Shown here: positions 13,295 through 23,363 of the stretch, piece after piece | Layout of the letters: each line of letters starts with the position of its first letter | Position numbering within the stretch: position 1 is the first letter of the stretch | Source: Bacillus subtilis subsp. subtilis str. 168 | Lineage (GTDB): Bacteria > Bacillota > Bacilli > Bacillales > Bacillaceae | Assembly (NCBI RefSeq): GCF_000009045.1 | Contig: NC_000964.3 | Coordinates: 3,030,001 to 3,062,000 of the forward strand | Length of the DNA: 32,000 nucleotides | Direction of reading: 5' to 3' | The notes under the pieces: model-generated | The model's input: only the letters and a program-made list of their open reading frames with translations | Told to the model about the DNA's origin: nothing | Database searches by the model: none | Translations under genes and position numbers: made by a program

Positions 13295-14102
13295 GTACAG
13301 ATCCCTTTTTTGTTTTTACTTGTTTTGGCTGCTTCTGCCATTCTTCCCGTGAGCTGAAAACGACCAGCTGGCTTTCAAGGTTGCGCGGGTTTTTTCCGGA
13401 TTGAACACCGATAATCCCTTCCACCATTACCTGCTTGATGAAAATTTCACTTTCTGTTTTCTCTTCAAGCTTAGCCGCGATCGGGTTGAAGACCATATTT
13501 GCCAGTAATGAACCATATAAAGTCGTCAGAAGCGCAATGGCCATGTTTGGTCCGAGCATATGCGGGTCGTTTAAGTTTTTGAGCATCAGCACAAGCCCGA
13601 CGAGTGTTCCGATCATTCCCCATGCCGGAGCGAATTCTCCCGCTTTTTCAAAAACTCGCCGCCCTTTTCGGTGCCGTTCCTCCATTGCTGCGATTTCTGA
13701 ATCCATGACGAGCCGAATCGTTTCTTCATCCCAGCCGTCAATCGCTAAAAGCAGCCCTTTTTTCAAGAATGGATCTTTGATTTCCCGAGCCTGATCATCC
13801 AATGATAAAAGCCCGTGTTTTCGCGCGTGATCGGAAAGGGAAACAAAGGTTTTCACAAGATCTTTCACATTGTCTTCCTGGCGGATGAATGCCTGCTTTA
13901 ACACAGAGGGCGCTTTTTTCAGCTCACTTGGCGGAAAACTGATAAAAACAGCGGCGCAAAGTCCCCCTGTTACGATGAAGAAAGAGGTCAGATCAAGAAA
14001 AGAGCGGAAACCGCTTACTCCCGATCCTGAAATAATCCCGATAACAATAATAATCGTTCCTAACACAAATCCAACAGGTGTAAGATAATCAAAACGTTTC
14101 AT
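13284..14102 (-). CDS. motP: Flagellar stator protein MotP (MotA/ExbB family, Na+-coupled)
   Basis: MKRFDYLTPVGFVLGTIIIVIGIISGSG... with MotA-type EFAPAWGMIGTLVGLVLM. The start at 14102 (or 14105) is preferred over 14126. Confidence 0.95.
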   Translation of the reverse strand: MKRFDYLTPVGFVLGTIIIVIGIISGSGVSGFRSFLDLTSFFIVTGGLCAAVFISFPPSELKKAPSVLKQAFIRQEDNVKDLVKTFVSLSDHARKHGLLSLDDQAREIKDPFLKKGLLLAIDGWDEETIRLVMDSEIAAMEERHRKGRRVFEKAGEFAPAWGMIGTLVGLVLMLKNLNDPHMLGPNMAIALLTTLYGSLLANMVFNPIAAKLEEKTESEIFIKQVMVEGIIGVQSGKNPRNLESQLVVFSSREEWQKQPKQVKTKKGSVHEA

Positions 14103-14116
14103 CATTTCTCCCCATG

Positions 14117-14155
14117 AAAAAAGCAAGAATTCACCATAAAGGTGAAGCTTGCTCT
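14117..14155 (-). terminator. Intergenic stem-loop/terminator between ccpA and motP
   Basis: Reverse strand GCAAG-C-TTCACC-TTTAT-GGTGAA-TT-CTTGC-TTTTTT. Confidence 0.88.
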
Positions 14156-14164
14156 TTGTTTTTC

Positions 14165-15169
14165 TTATGACTTGGTTGACTTTCTAAGCTCTATACGGTG
14201 CGGCAGTTCGACGATATGCTCTTCAACCGGCTCTTTATTCATGAGCTTCGTCAGCAGTCTCATCGCAACGGCGCCGATATCATATGTCGGCTGAACAACT
14301 GTTGAAAGCTGAGGACGAACCATGAGGCTTAATCTTGTATTATCAAAACCGATAATGTCGAGATCCTCCGGAATGGATAAGCCCTGATCCTGAGCGGCAT
14401 GGATAATGCCGAGTGCCATTTCATCAGTTGCAGAAAGAATGGCTGTCGGTTTTTTATCCAGGCTCATCAGATGCTGCAGTGCTTCGAGTCCGGAATCATA
14501 TGTGTAATCCCCTTCAGCTACAAATTGTTCATTAAACGGAAGGTTCGCTTCTTCAAGCGCACGTTTGTAGCCTTGGAGTTTTTTCGAACGGTTGATCGGT
14601 TCTGCCATTGGTCCGGAAACGAACGCGATGTCTGTATGTCCTTTATCAACCAAAAGCTTCACGGCATCATAAATCGCCTGTTCGTAATCGATAGCGACTG
14701 ACGGTGTTTCCTCCTGCTCTTCTACAGAAGCGGCAAGTACAATCGGCACTGGAGAACGCTTAAATTCCGCCACATGCTCGTCCGTAATGTTTCCGCCCAT
14801 AAACACGATGCCGTCCACTTGTTTGCCGAGCATTGTGTTTAACAAGTGCAGCTCTTTCTCCATGTTTTGGTCAGAGTTGCTCAAAATAATATTGTATTTA
14901 TACATTGTCGCGATATCTTCAATTCCGCGCGCAAGCTCTGAATAGAAAATGCTTGAGATATCGGGAATGATGACACCTACAGTTGTTGTTTTTTTACTTG
15001 CCAGCCCTCTTGCCACCGCGTTTGGACGGTAACCGAGACGTTCAATGGCTTCCAAGACTTTTTTCCTCGTTGTCGGTTTTACATTCGGGTTGCCGTTCAC
15101 GACACGGGAAACGGTTGCCATGCTTACATTAGCTTCTCTCGCTACATCGTAGATCGTAATATTGCTCAT
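14165..15169 (-). CDS. ccpA: Catabolite control protein A (LacI family)
   Basis: [67 protein letters not shown]. Confidence 0.99.
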
Positions 15170-15288
15170 CCTAAAACCACTCCTTTTACTGGATACACTT
15201 ATCCTTATCTATAGCATAAACACTTTATGTAGAGAAATGTCATAATGTCCGAATTTATGTCGTTTATGATTTGTAAGCGTAAGTCAGT

Positions 15289-15317
15289 AGTGTACATTAT
15301 TTTTCATTATTCATCAA
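15289..15317 (-). promoter_or_regulatory. Candidate sigma-A promoter for ccpA
   Basis: Reverse strand TTGATG (15312-15317), 17 nt, TACACT (15289-15294), about 120 nt upstream of the ccpA start. Confidence 0.6.
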
Positions 15318-15407
15318 ATTTAATTACTTCTCATGAAATTATACACGTTTTTATAGATGATGAAAACGTATACTTGGTTTTTATAACTAAATAAACGAGA
15401 AAGCATA

Positions 15408-15437
15408 AAAAAAGGCCGCAGGCGCGGCCTTTTGGAT
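15408..15437 (-). terminator. Terminator downstream of aroA
   Basis: aaaaaaGGCCGC-agGC-GCGGCCttttgg, a GC-rich hairpin with U-tract on the reverse strand. Confidence 0.8.
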
Positions 15438-15444
15438 TGTTCAA

Positions 15445-16521
15445 TTAAGCGTTGACTTTCACCATTGGCTTCAGTTCATTCAGCCATTTTTCGAATTCAG
15501 GAATCGCCATTTGCTGAGCAGAGTCAGAAAGTGCGACTGACGGATCAGGGTGAACCTCAGCCATTACGCCATCAGCACCGATCGCTAAAGCGGCTTTAGC
15601 TGTCGGAAGCAAGAGGTCACGGCGGCCTGTTGAATGCGTAACATCAACAAAGACTGGCAAATGCGTTTCTTGTTTCAAAATCGGCACAGCTGAAATATCC
15701 AGCGTGTTTCTCGTTGCTGTTTCATATGTTCTGATTCCGCGCTCACAAAGGATAATTTGGTCATTTCCTTGTGACATGATGTATTCAGCAGCATTGATGA
15801 ATTCAGAGATCGTTGCAGCAAGACCGCGCTTCAGAAGCACTGGCTTTTTCACGGCGCCGGCCGCTTTCAGCAATTCGAAGTTTTGCATGTTGCGCGCTCC
15901 GATTTGAATGACATCAATGTAGTCCAGCGCTTCTTCGATATGAGCCGGAGTTACGATTTCACTGATAACCGCCAGATCAAATTCATCCGCTACACGTTTT
16001 AAAATTTGAAGGCCTTCAACACCAAGCCCTTGGAAATCGTATGGGCTCGTACGAGGCTTAAAGGCTCCACCGCGCAAAATTTTAATCCCTTGTTTTTTCG
16101 CAGCTGCAGCGACTTCAGCTACCTGCTCATAGCTCTCTACCGCACATGGGCCGACAATGAATCTTTGCTGGCCGTCTCCGATTTTTTCGCCTTTGATATC
16201 AACAATTGTATCTTCAGGTTTTTTCTTGCGGGAGACAAGCAGCGCTTTGCTGTGATCTTCTTCCTGAAGCTCTAAACCGGCTTTGAATATCTCTTTAAAA
16301 ATGTGCTGGATGGTTGAATTTTCGAACGGCCCGTCATTGTTTTCAATGATATTGTTTAACATTGTGCGTTCTCTGACAGGGTCAAATCGGTTGACACCCT
16401 GTGCTTCCTTCGCTTTACCGATCTCTTTTACAACATTGCCGCGTTCGTTGATTAATTTTAAAATTTGTAGGTTTAATTCGTCTGCTTTCTGCCTTAAAAG
16501 CTCTAACTCTGTGTTGCTCAT
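15445..16521 (-). CDS. aroA: Bifunctional chorismate mutase / DAHP synthase
   Basis: N-terminal AroQ-type CM ([31 protein letters not shown]) fused to a type I-beta DAHP synthase ([13 protein letters not shown]...[13 protein letters not shown]). The start is MSNTELELL at 16521. Confidence 0.97.
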
Positions 16522-16721
16522 TTTTTTCATCCTTTCCCTGCACATTCATTTTTTATTTTGTAGTTATCATGCATCTTACTATAAGTAATTCCAAATGGAA
16601 ATACTGAAATACAAAAAATTTTATAAAAACTCTACTTTATTACCCAAACGCTTTTAAGTGATAAAGTAATCTATGAAGCTATCCTACATGATGTGAGGGC
16701 AATGTTCAAGGGTTTTTTACA

Positions 16722-16756
16722 AAAAAAAGCGCCAGATGATATCTGGACGCTTTTTT
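16722..16756 (-). terminator. Terminator downstream of ytxJ
   Basis: AAAAAAAGCGCCAGAT-GAT-ATCTGGaCGCTTTTTT. Confidence 0.88.
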
Positions 16757-17083
16757 CTATGACAAATGCTGCTCAATAGCGGCTTCTGTAATTTGTGAAT
16801 GTGAGGTATGCCATTTCACTTCACCGTTCTGGATGATGAATATCTGAGGGCTTTCATGCTTGACCCCATATGTTTCTGCAATGAAATTGGACAGCGGCCG
16901 GGCTTCTTGTACTTGAAGATAGTAAGCCGGCACATCCTCATGCTGATTTGCAAAGGCATCAAACTCATGAAATGCTGCCTGGCTGATCGGGCATGTGGTG
17001 CTGTGTTTCAAGAAGACGAAAACGCCTTCCTGTTCTGCAATCCGTTTAAATTCTTCCTCAGATTGAATAAGCTGTTTAGCCAT
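16757..17083 (-). CDS. ytxJ: YtxJ, monothiol bacilliredoxin-like thioredoxin-fold protein
   Basis: FVFLKHSTTCPISQAAFHEFDAFA...YLQVQEARPLSNFIAETYGVKHESPQIFII: single-cysteine CPIS site and thioredoxin-fold cis-Pro region (SPQ). Confidence 0.92.
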   Translation of the reverse strand: MAKQLIQSEEEFKRIAEQEGVFVFLKHSTTCPISQAAFHEFDAFANQHEDVPAYYLQVQEARPLSNFIAETYGVKHESPQIFIIQNGEVKWHTSHSQITEAAIEQHLS

Positions 17084-17106
17084 GACTCAAGCTCTTCCTT
17101 CCCTGC

Positions 17107-17562
17107 TCAGCGATTCAACTGCTCAGCCTGTTTTTGTGCATCTTTCAGTTCGTCTTTTACATCTTCTTTCGTCTGGAGGACTTGATCTTTTGTTTCATCA
17201 GCTGCCTGCATCGCTTCTTCCCTCATATCTTGCATTGCAGTCGATGAATCCGTTTTGTCAGATTTGGAACGGTCTCTCAAATCCTTTACCTTGTTCATGA
17301 TCTGTCCAGACTGATCCGCTACAAGCTGTGTGATGTTGGAAGTTTTGTCTTTTGCGATGCTGACATATTGCGTGCCTTTTTCCTTCGCATCTGCCGTCAT
17401 TTTATCAGTTTTGTCCCGTAAGGCAACAGCCTGGCTGCCGAGATCGTCGCGAAGTTCTTTGCCTGATTTAGGCGCTAGAAAAAGAGCTGTAGTGGCACCG
17501 ATGATTCCCCCGATTAAAGTTCCGATTAAAAAATCTTTACTATTAATTCCATCTTTGCTCAT
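17107..17562 (-). CDS. ytxH: YtxH-like general stress protein
   Basis: DFLIGTLIGGIIGATTALFLAPKSGKELR is the YtxH-family Gly-rich TM segment, followed by an amphipathic helical tail. Confidence 0.92.
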   Translation of the reverse strand: MSKDGINSKDFLIGTLIGGIIGATTALFLAPKSGKELRDDLGSQAVALRDKTDKMTADAKEKGTQYVSIAKDKTSNITQLVADQSGQIMNKVKDLRDRSKSDKTDSSTAMQDMREEAMQAADETKDQVLQTKEDVKDELKDAQKQAEQLNR

Positions 17563-17592
17563 CATTATTCCTCCTCTTAGTATTTTTTTCTC

Positions 17593-18015
17593 TTACAGGG
17601 CTGATTTTTTCTTTTGCTTCCATTTCTCCCAAATTTCCATTGCTGCTTGACTCCAAGTGACAACTTGATTGATCTTATCTTGATTCTCTCTAACTGATGC
17701 CGATACAGACCCTGCCGCTTGTTTCATGGATGTATTGAACTGCTGTACAGAAGCTCCCACTCCTTGAACAGCATGAACGACCGTGTTCAGCTTTTCTGAT
17801 TTTTCCTGAATATCTTCAGCCAGGCGGTTGGTCTTATGTAAAAGCTCGGCTGTTTCAGTTGTGATGCCCTTCATTTGTCCCTCCAGCCCTTCAAGAGTGG
17901 ATGCGACGTTTTTTAGTGTCAGCTGCAGTGACTTCAATGTTTTAGACAAGTAGATCACTAATACGAGAAATGCAACTGCGATGAGTGCAACGCTCAAATA
18001 AAGAATAATAATCAT
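17593..18015 (-). CDS. ytxG: YtxG, DUF948-type general stress membrane protein
   Basis: [48 protein letters not shown]: N-terminal TM followed by a coiled coil. First gene of the ytxGHJ operon. Confidence 0.92.
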
Positions 18016-18048
18016 CTCAAACCTCCTTGCTGCAGGATATACTGCTGT

Positions 18049-18073
18049 TTACCCGTTTTCTTCAATCATAAAC
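18049..18073 (-). promoter_or_regulatory. Sigma-B promoter of ytxGHJ
   Basis: Reverse strand GTTTAT (18068-18073), 13 nt, GGGTAA (18049-18054), about 35 nt upstream of the ytxG start. Confidence 0.85.
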
Positions 18074-18176
18074 ATGTGTACTGGGCTGTATACATACTAT
18101 TCTCCGTTATGTAAGAAAATCCTTTAATAAGCTTTCCCATCAGATAAATAAAAAGCAGTGAGATCACTGCTTTTTA

Positions 18177-19475
18177 TTATGCCATGACGTTTTCGTAGGC
18201 TCTCATATATTTTTGGATATCTCCTGCTCCCATGAAGATGAGAACGGCTTTATCATGAGCTTTTAAAACAGATGTGTCATCTTCTTCAATCAGCTTGGCA
18301 TTATGAATTTTTCCCTGGAGATCACCGATCGTCAGCTTTCCGGCATTCTCACGGGCTGAGCCGAAAATATCGCATAAATACACACAGTCGGCGCCGCTCA
18401 GGCTTTCTGCAAATTCGTCAAGGAACTGCTGCGTCCGGGTAAATGTATGAGGCTGGAATACCGCGACAATTTCCCGATCAGGATACTTCTGTCTTGCCGC
18501 CTCGATTGTCACTTTTATTTCTGTCGGATGATGGGCATAGTCATCAATCAGCACTTGATCCCCAAGCTGCTTCTCATTGAATCTGCGTTTGACGCCCCCA
18601 AAGGATTTGAGAGCATGCTTAATGATGCTGGAATCAATTTCTTCATAATGGCATAACGCAATGACCGCCAATGAGTTTAATACATTGTGGTGGCCGTACG
18701 CAGGAATATAAAACGTATCATAGAACGTATTGCGGACAAAGACATCAAAAGTTGTCCCTTCCGTGCTTTTTACGATGTTTCTGGCTTGAAAATCATTTTC
18801 TTCCCCCGTGCCATAATACACAACCGGGACGTTCGCATGGATTTTCGGCAGATGCTCATCGTCTCCGCAGGCAATAATGCCTTTGTTGACTTGAAGAGCC
18901 ATCTCTTGGAAAGCGTCAAATACATCGTCAATGCTTGAGAAGTAATCAGGGTGATCAAAATCAATATTCGTCATAATCGCATAATCTGGCTGATAGCTTA
19001 AGAAATGGCGGCGGTATTCGCACGCTTCAAACACAAAGTATTCGCTGTTTTCATTTCCCTGGCCTGTTCCGTCTCCGATTAAGAAAGACGTCGGTTTTGC
19101 GTTTTGGATCACGTGAGCCAGCAGACCCGTAGTCGACGTTTTGCCGTGTGCGCCCGTAACGGCAACACTCGTGAATTTTTTCATGTAGTCGCCTAAAAAC
19201 TTATGATAACGTATCACCGGAATTCCCTCAGACATCGCTTTTTCTATTTCAGGATGCGTGTCTGGGAATGCGTTTCCGGCGATGACTGTCATGCCGGGTT
19301 TAATATTTTCCGCGCTAAAAGGAAGAATCGTAATATTTCTTTTTTCAAGCGCTGTTTGCGTAAAAATAAATTTTTCGATATCCGATCCTTGGACAGTATA
19401 TCCATTATCATGAAGTATTTGGGCAAGCGGACTCATACCGGTCCCTTTTATTCCAACAAAATGATAAACAGTCAT
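18177..19475 (-). CDS. murC: UDP-N-acetylmuramate--L-alanine ligase
   Basis: [32 protein letters not shown]...[19 protein letters not shown]. Confidence 0.98.
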
Positions 19476-19724
19476 AATTGTACCTCCAACAAACGTCTAT
19501 CTGTTCCCCAGTATATGACGCTCATTTCAATTTGCGACCGCGGCGGCTGAAAAGCCTCCCTTAGCGGCGTATTTTATATGTTTTGTTATGTTTAGTATCA
19601 GGTTATTTCTTTCCGATTAAACCCAGATATCAAGATTTGTCTATGCACAGCTGCTGTAAAGCGGCATAGCTGTTAAATGCTCTAAACACTATCATACCAT
19701 GTTTGGTGTGAAAATGAACCCATA

Positions 19725-22583
19725 TTATTCGTTTATTAAATCACTTGCTGTGATCAGCACCTCTCGAGGCTTGCTTCCTTTTGCCTCAGAGATCATGCCT
19801 TCCGCTTCCATCATGTCGATCAGCCTTGCCGCACGATTGTAACCGATTCTGAATCTTCTTTGCAGGCTTGAAGTGCTCGCACTGTTTTGCTCTACAACAA
19901 ACTCACACGCTTCGTAAAACAGTTCGTCCTCTTCTTTCAGGGCAGATCCTTGTCTTACGAGCTCTTCTTGTTCAAATAAATAGGTCGGCGGCATTTGGCT
20001 TCTGACGTGGGAAACGACGCGGTCGATTTCCCGGTCTGACACAAAGTTACCTTGCAGACGAACCGGTTTTCCCGAGCCGTTTTCCAAAAAGAGCATATCC
20101 CCTTTTCCGAGAAGCTTTTCTGCACCGGCTATATCAATAATTGTTCGGGAATCAACCTGGCTTGAGACAGAAAAGGCGATTCTCGTTGGGATATTCGCCT
20201 TAATCAGACCTGTAATGACATCGACTGACGGACGCTGAGTTGCGACGAGAAGATGGATACCGCACGCTCTGGCTTTTTGGGCGATCCGCGCAATGCTTTC
20301 TTCCACATCGTTTGGAGCCACCATCATCAAATCTGCAAGCTCATCAATAATGACAACTAAATACGGCAGCTTTTCACCCATTTGGTGTTCAGCGGTTAAT
20401 TGATTAAAGCGGTCAATGTCGCGGACACCTGAATGGGCAAAAAGCTCATAGCGGCGCTCCATTTCCTCAACGACCCATTTCAAAGCAGCCGTAGCCGCTT
20501 TAGCATCAGTAATGACCGGGCTGACGAGGTGAGGAATTTTATTGTAAGGGGCCAGCTCTACCATTTTCGGATCAATCAGCAGCACCTTTACCTCACTCGG
20601 GTCAGCTTTATAAAGCAGGCTTACTAATATTGTATTGATGCATACGCTTTTTCCGGAGCCTGTAGCGCCGGCAATCAAGCCATGCGGCATTTTCTTCAAG
20701 TCGATAACAACAGGATTTCCCGAAATATCTAATCCCAGCGCAGCTGTGAGCGGTGACTTGCTTGTCCTGAAAGCTGAGCTGCGAATCATTTGGCGCAAAT
20801 CAACCACCTTGCTCGTGCGGTTCGGCACTTCAATTCCGATCGTGTTTTTCCCCGGAATCGGCGCTTCAATCCGAATATCTTTAGCTGAGAGACTGAGTTT
20901 AATATCATCGGACAAGTTGGTGATTTTATTCACCTTTACACCCGGTTCAGGATGCACTTCAAATCTCGTGACAGACGGACCCTGGGTTACATGGACCACA
21001 TTGGCGCGGACATTGAAATTTTTCAAGGTCAAATCAAGAAGCTGACGCTGTTCTTCGATCCACGCAGTATCATCTTGAACCTGCGCTGGCGGGACATCAA
21101 GCAGTGCAACATTCGGAAATACATAGCTGCCGCGGCGCTCCTCTGCTTTTTGCTGTTTATGCGTATCTCTTTTCAGCATCATCACATTAAAAGGAACGGA
21201 TGGCCCTTTTTGAGAAGATGCGCTTTGTTCAGTCCTTTTCTCCTGTACACCAGGCCTTTTTTTCGGCTCTTCTGAAGCTTCGCGAGGTTTGTCTGCGCGA
21301 ATTTCCTGCCGGTTTTCAAGAGTTGCAGTAGACGATTTGGAACCCTGCTCCATGTGTTCAGTTTTCTCAAGCTCTGTATGGCTGTCTGGCTGAACATCTA
21401 TCTTCGTTTCCTGAGCCTCTCCCAGGGTGTCATAATGATTATTTATTATGCTTTCTGATGGCTCTTCTGATTCTTTTGCCACAGTTTCTGCTTGAGCCAG
21501 AGCCTCTGATGAATACTCATGATCAGTAAATAAAGGCTCTTCCTGACGAATGTCCATTTGTTCTTCTTGAACGAACGGGGACTCAGCACCTTCTGCCGCG
21601 TTTTCATGATGATTGTATACTGGGCTGTCTGACGGCTCTTTTGCTTTTTCATCCTCAGATACTGCCTCTGTCTGAGATTCAGGAGCTGTTTGCTCTTCAT
21701 CAAGTTCAGCGGAGAAAACAGGCTCTTCAAATTTCTCTGGCTGCTGCTCCCTTTGTTCTTCCTCAGCCGTTGCAGGCTCTTCGCGGCCTACTTCACTGTC
21801 TGAAAGCCCTTCAGCCGCCGTATCTGTGAGCATCTCAGGCGGTGTTTGCTCTTCGGCTTGTTCAGCTGGGAAGAAAGGCTCCTCTTTTTCCGGCTGTTGA
21901 ACGCCTGACTCAAATGGCACTTTGTTACCTGACGGCTCGGCTGGCCGTTTCGCCAGCGCCTCATCATGCTCCGTATCCTTTCTGTTTAAAACGCCAGAAG
22001 GCTGTTTTTCAAATTGGGTATCCGGGAAGAAAGGACTTTCTATTTTGGAATGCGCCTGTGTGTCTGAAGCAGGATAGCCGCGTTCACGTTCGATCTCTTC
22101 TGACAGCAGTGTTACCTTCTCTTTTACCGATTTATCCGGTTCGTTCAATGTTTCAGAAGGCTTTTTCGGCACATCCTTTTTAACAGATGGTTTTTGATTG
22201 AATCCATAGACAGGCGAAGGGATATTTGTCGGTTTAAACGGTTTCTTCGCCGGCTCTGCTGCTTGATATGTATGCTGCTCTTCTTCATTTCTGGGACGCT
22301 CTCTGTAAGGTGCAGCACTTGGACGAGGCGCGGATTTCGGTTCGTCCGATGGTGTGCGGCGCCTTCTCAGGTCATGATTTTTGTATCCGTCAGGCACGAC
22401 TGGAAAACGGAATTTGCCTTTTGGATATTCATAATATATTTTAGGATCTTCCAATCTTTTTAATTGTCCTTCAGGATGATGTACTTCTTGTTGCTGCGGA
22501 ATTTGAGCGGGTTTTGTCTCCCGTTCAGCATCCTCTTCGCTTTCGCCTAAAAACAAATCAAAAAATTTATGAAGCCAACTCAT
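19725..22583 (-). CDS. sftA: SftA (YtpT), soluble FtsK/SpoIIIE-family septal DNA translocase
   Basis: C-terminal motor with Walker A GLIAGATGSGKSVCINTI, Walker B LVVIIDELADLMM and a gamma winged helix. No TM helices; long acidic linker. Confidence 0.97.
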   Translation of the reverse strand: MSWLHKFFDLFLGESEEDAERETKPAQIPQQQEVHHPEGQLKRLEDPKIYYEYPKGKFRFPVVPDGYKNHDLRRRRTPSDEPKSAPRPSAAPYRERPRNEEEQHTYQAAEPAKKPFKPTNIPSPVYGFNQKPSVKKDVPKKPSETLNEPDKSVKEKVTLLSEEIERERGYPASDTQAHSKIESPFFPDTQFEKQPSGVLNRKDTEHDEALAKRPAEPSGNKVPFESGVQQPEKEEPFFPAEQAEEQTPPEMLTDTAAEGLSDSEVGREEPATAEEEQREQQPEKFEEPVFSAELDEEQTAPESQTEAVSEDEKAKEPSDSPVYNHHENAAEGAESPFVQEEQMDIRQEEPLFTDHEYSSEALAQAETVAKESEEPSESIINNHYDTLGEAQETKIDVQPDSHTELEKTEHMEQGSKSSTATLENRQEIRADKPREASEEPKKRPGVQEKRTEQSASSQKGPSVPFNVMMLKRDTHKQQKAEERRGSYVFPNVALLDVPPAQVQDDTAWIEEQRQLLDLTLKNFNVRANVVHVTQGPSVTRFEVHPEPGVKVNKITNLSDDIKLSLSAKDIRIEAPIPGKNTIGIEVPNRTSKVVDLRQMIRSSAFRTSKSPLTAALGLDISGNPVVIDLKKMPHGLIAGATGSGKSVCINTILVSLLYKADPSEVKVLLIDPKMVELAPYNKIPHLVSPVITDAKAATAALKWVVEEMERRYELFAHSGVRDIDRFNQLTAEHQMGEKLPYLVVIIDELADLMMVAPNDVEESIARIAQKARACGIHLLVATQRPSVDVITGLIKANIPTRIAFSVSSQVDSRTIIDIAGAEKLLGKGDMLFLENGSGKPVRLQGNFVSDREIDRVVSHVRSQMPPTYLFEQEELVRQGSALKEEDELFYEACEFVVEQNSASTSSLQRRFRIGYNRAARLIDMMEAEGMISEAKGSKPREVLITASDLINE

Positions 22584-22676
22584 AATTTATCTCTAACTCC
22601 CTTATAGTTTTCTGGGACGGTTTTTAGTATACCACTGCTGGTCGGCCCAGAAAAGATTAAGCTATCAGCAGAAACA

Positions 22677-22704
22677 AAGCCGCTAAACAAGGGCTTAGCG
22701 GCTT
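22677..22704 (-). terminator. Probable terminator downstream of ytpR
   Basis: AAGCCGCTAA-acaagggc-TTAGCGGCTT, a 10-bp stem with a moderately U-rich 3' flank on the reverse strand. Confidence 0.7.
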
Positions 22705-22742
22705 TTCACATGATTCGTTTTTTTTGGCGGATTTATGGGAGT

Positions 22743-23348
22743 CTAAAACTGAAATGCGTCTCCCGCCTCATAGTCTCCTTCTAACACAAGGATTCCTTTT
22801 TCAGCAGGGGCATCCGGCAAATCAAGCTCTTTCGCTGAGCAGATCATCCCGCTTGACGGAACGCCACGAAGCTCTGCATCCTTAATGACAAGTCCGCTAG
22901 GCATCACAGCACCGACTTTGGCAACGACAACTTTTTGGCCTTGGTCAACGTTAGGCGCGCCGCAGACGATCTGAAGCGTTTCTTCTCCTACGTTGACTTT
23001 ACATACGCTTAATTTATCCGCATTCGGATGTTTTTCTTTTGATTCTACATAACCCACAACAAACTTCGGAGATAAATCAACGACTAATGTTTCTTCAACG
23101 CCGTTTCTGTTTAAAATCTCATTCACATCTTGCACGAATGTTTCTGAGAGCGCAACAGGGCCGTTTTCATCAATGGTCAAGTAAGAAGACGCATTGAAAA
23201 TGTTGAAGCCCGTTGTTTCTTTTGTTTCGTTATTGAAAATTTTGACGACGTCGCCGTGTTTTTCATAGCCTAATTGTTCGCGTGTCACATCTTGAAGAGA
23301 GATCAGGAGCGTGTCTCCCACACCTTCTTTATTATAAAAAGCGTTCAT
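22743..23348 (-). CDS. ytpR: YtpR, protein with C-terminal EMAP/tRNA-binding (PheT N-domain-like) fold
   Basis: [54 protein letters not shown]...[14 protein letters not shown]. Confidence 0.94.
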   Translation of the reverse strand: MNAFYNKEGVGDTLLISLQDVTREQLGYEKHGDVVKIFNNETKETTGFNIFNASSYLTIDENGPVALSETFVQDVNEILNRNGVEETLVVDLSPKFVVGYVESKEKHPNADKLSVCKVNVGEETLQIVCGAPNVDQGQKVVVAKVGAVMPSGLVIKDAELRGVPSSGMICSAKELDLPDAPAEKGILVLEGDYEAGDAFQF

Positions 23349-23363
23349 AAGTAAAAATCCTTT

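Noticed and set aside
13435-13794. 119-aa plus-strand ORF
   Set aside because: Antisense to motP, with no RBS or recognisable fold; the conserved MotP frame explains the sequence.
16621-16680. AAAGCGTTTGGGTA and repeated TTACTTTATC-type patches upstream of aroA as a cre, sigma-B or operator site
   Set aside because: It fits no consensus well and spacing is wrong for sigma-B.
19476-19724. Possible structured RNA in the murC-sftA gap
   Set aside because: Only short, imperfect inverted repeats and no U-tract; nothing beyond background for a 250-bp intergenic region.
20635-21275. Plus-strand ORFs of 136 and 107 aa (20635..21045, 20952..21275)
   Set aside because: Antisense to the sftA motor and linker; composition mirrors the real frame.
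21842-22183. 113-aa plus-strand ORF opposite sftA
   Set aside because: It arises from the biased, stop-poor acidic linker of SftA read antisense.
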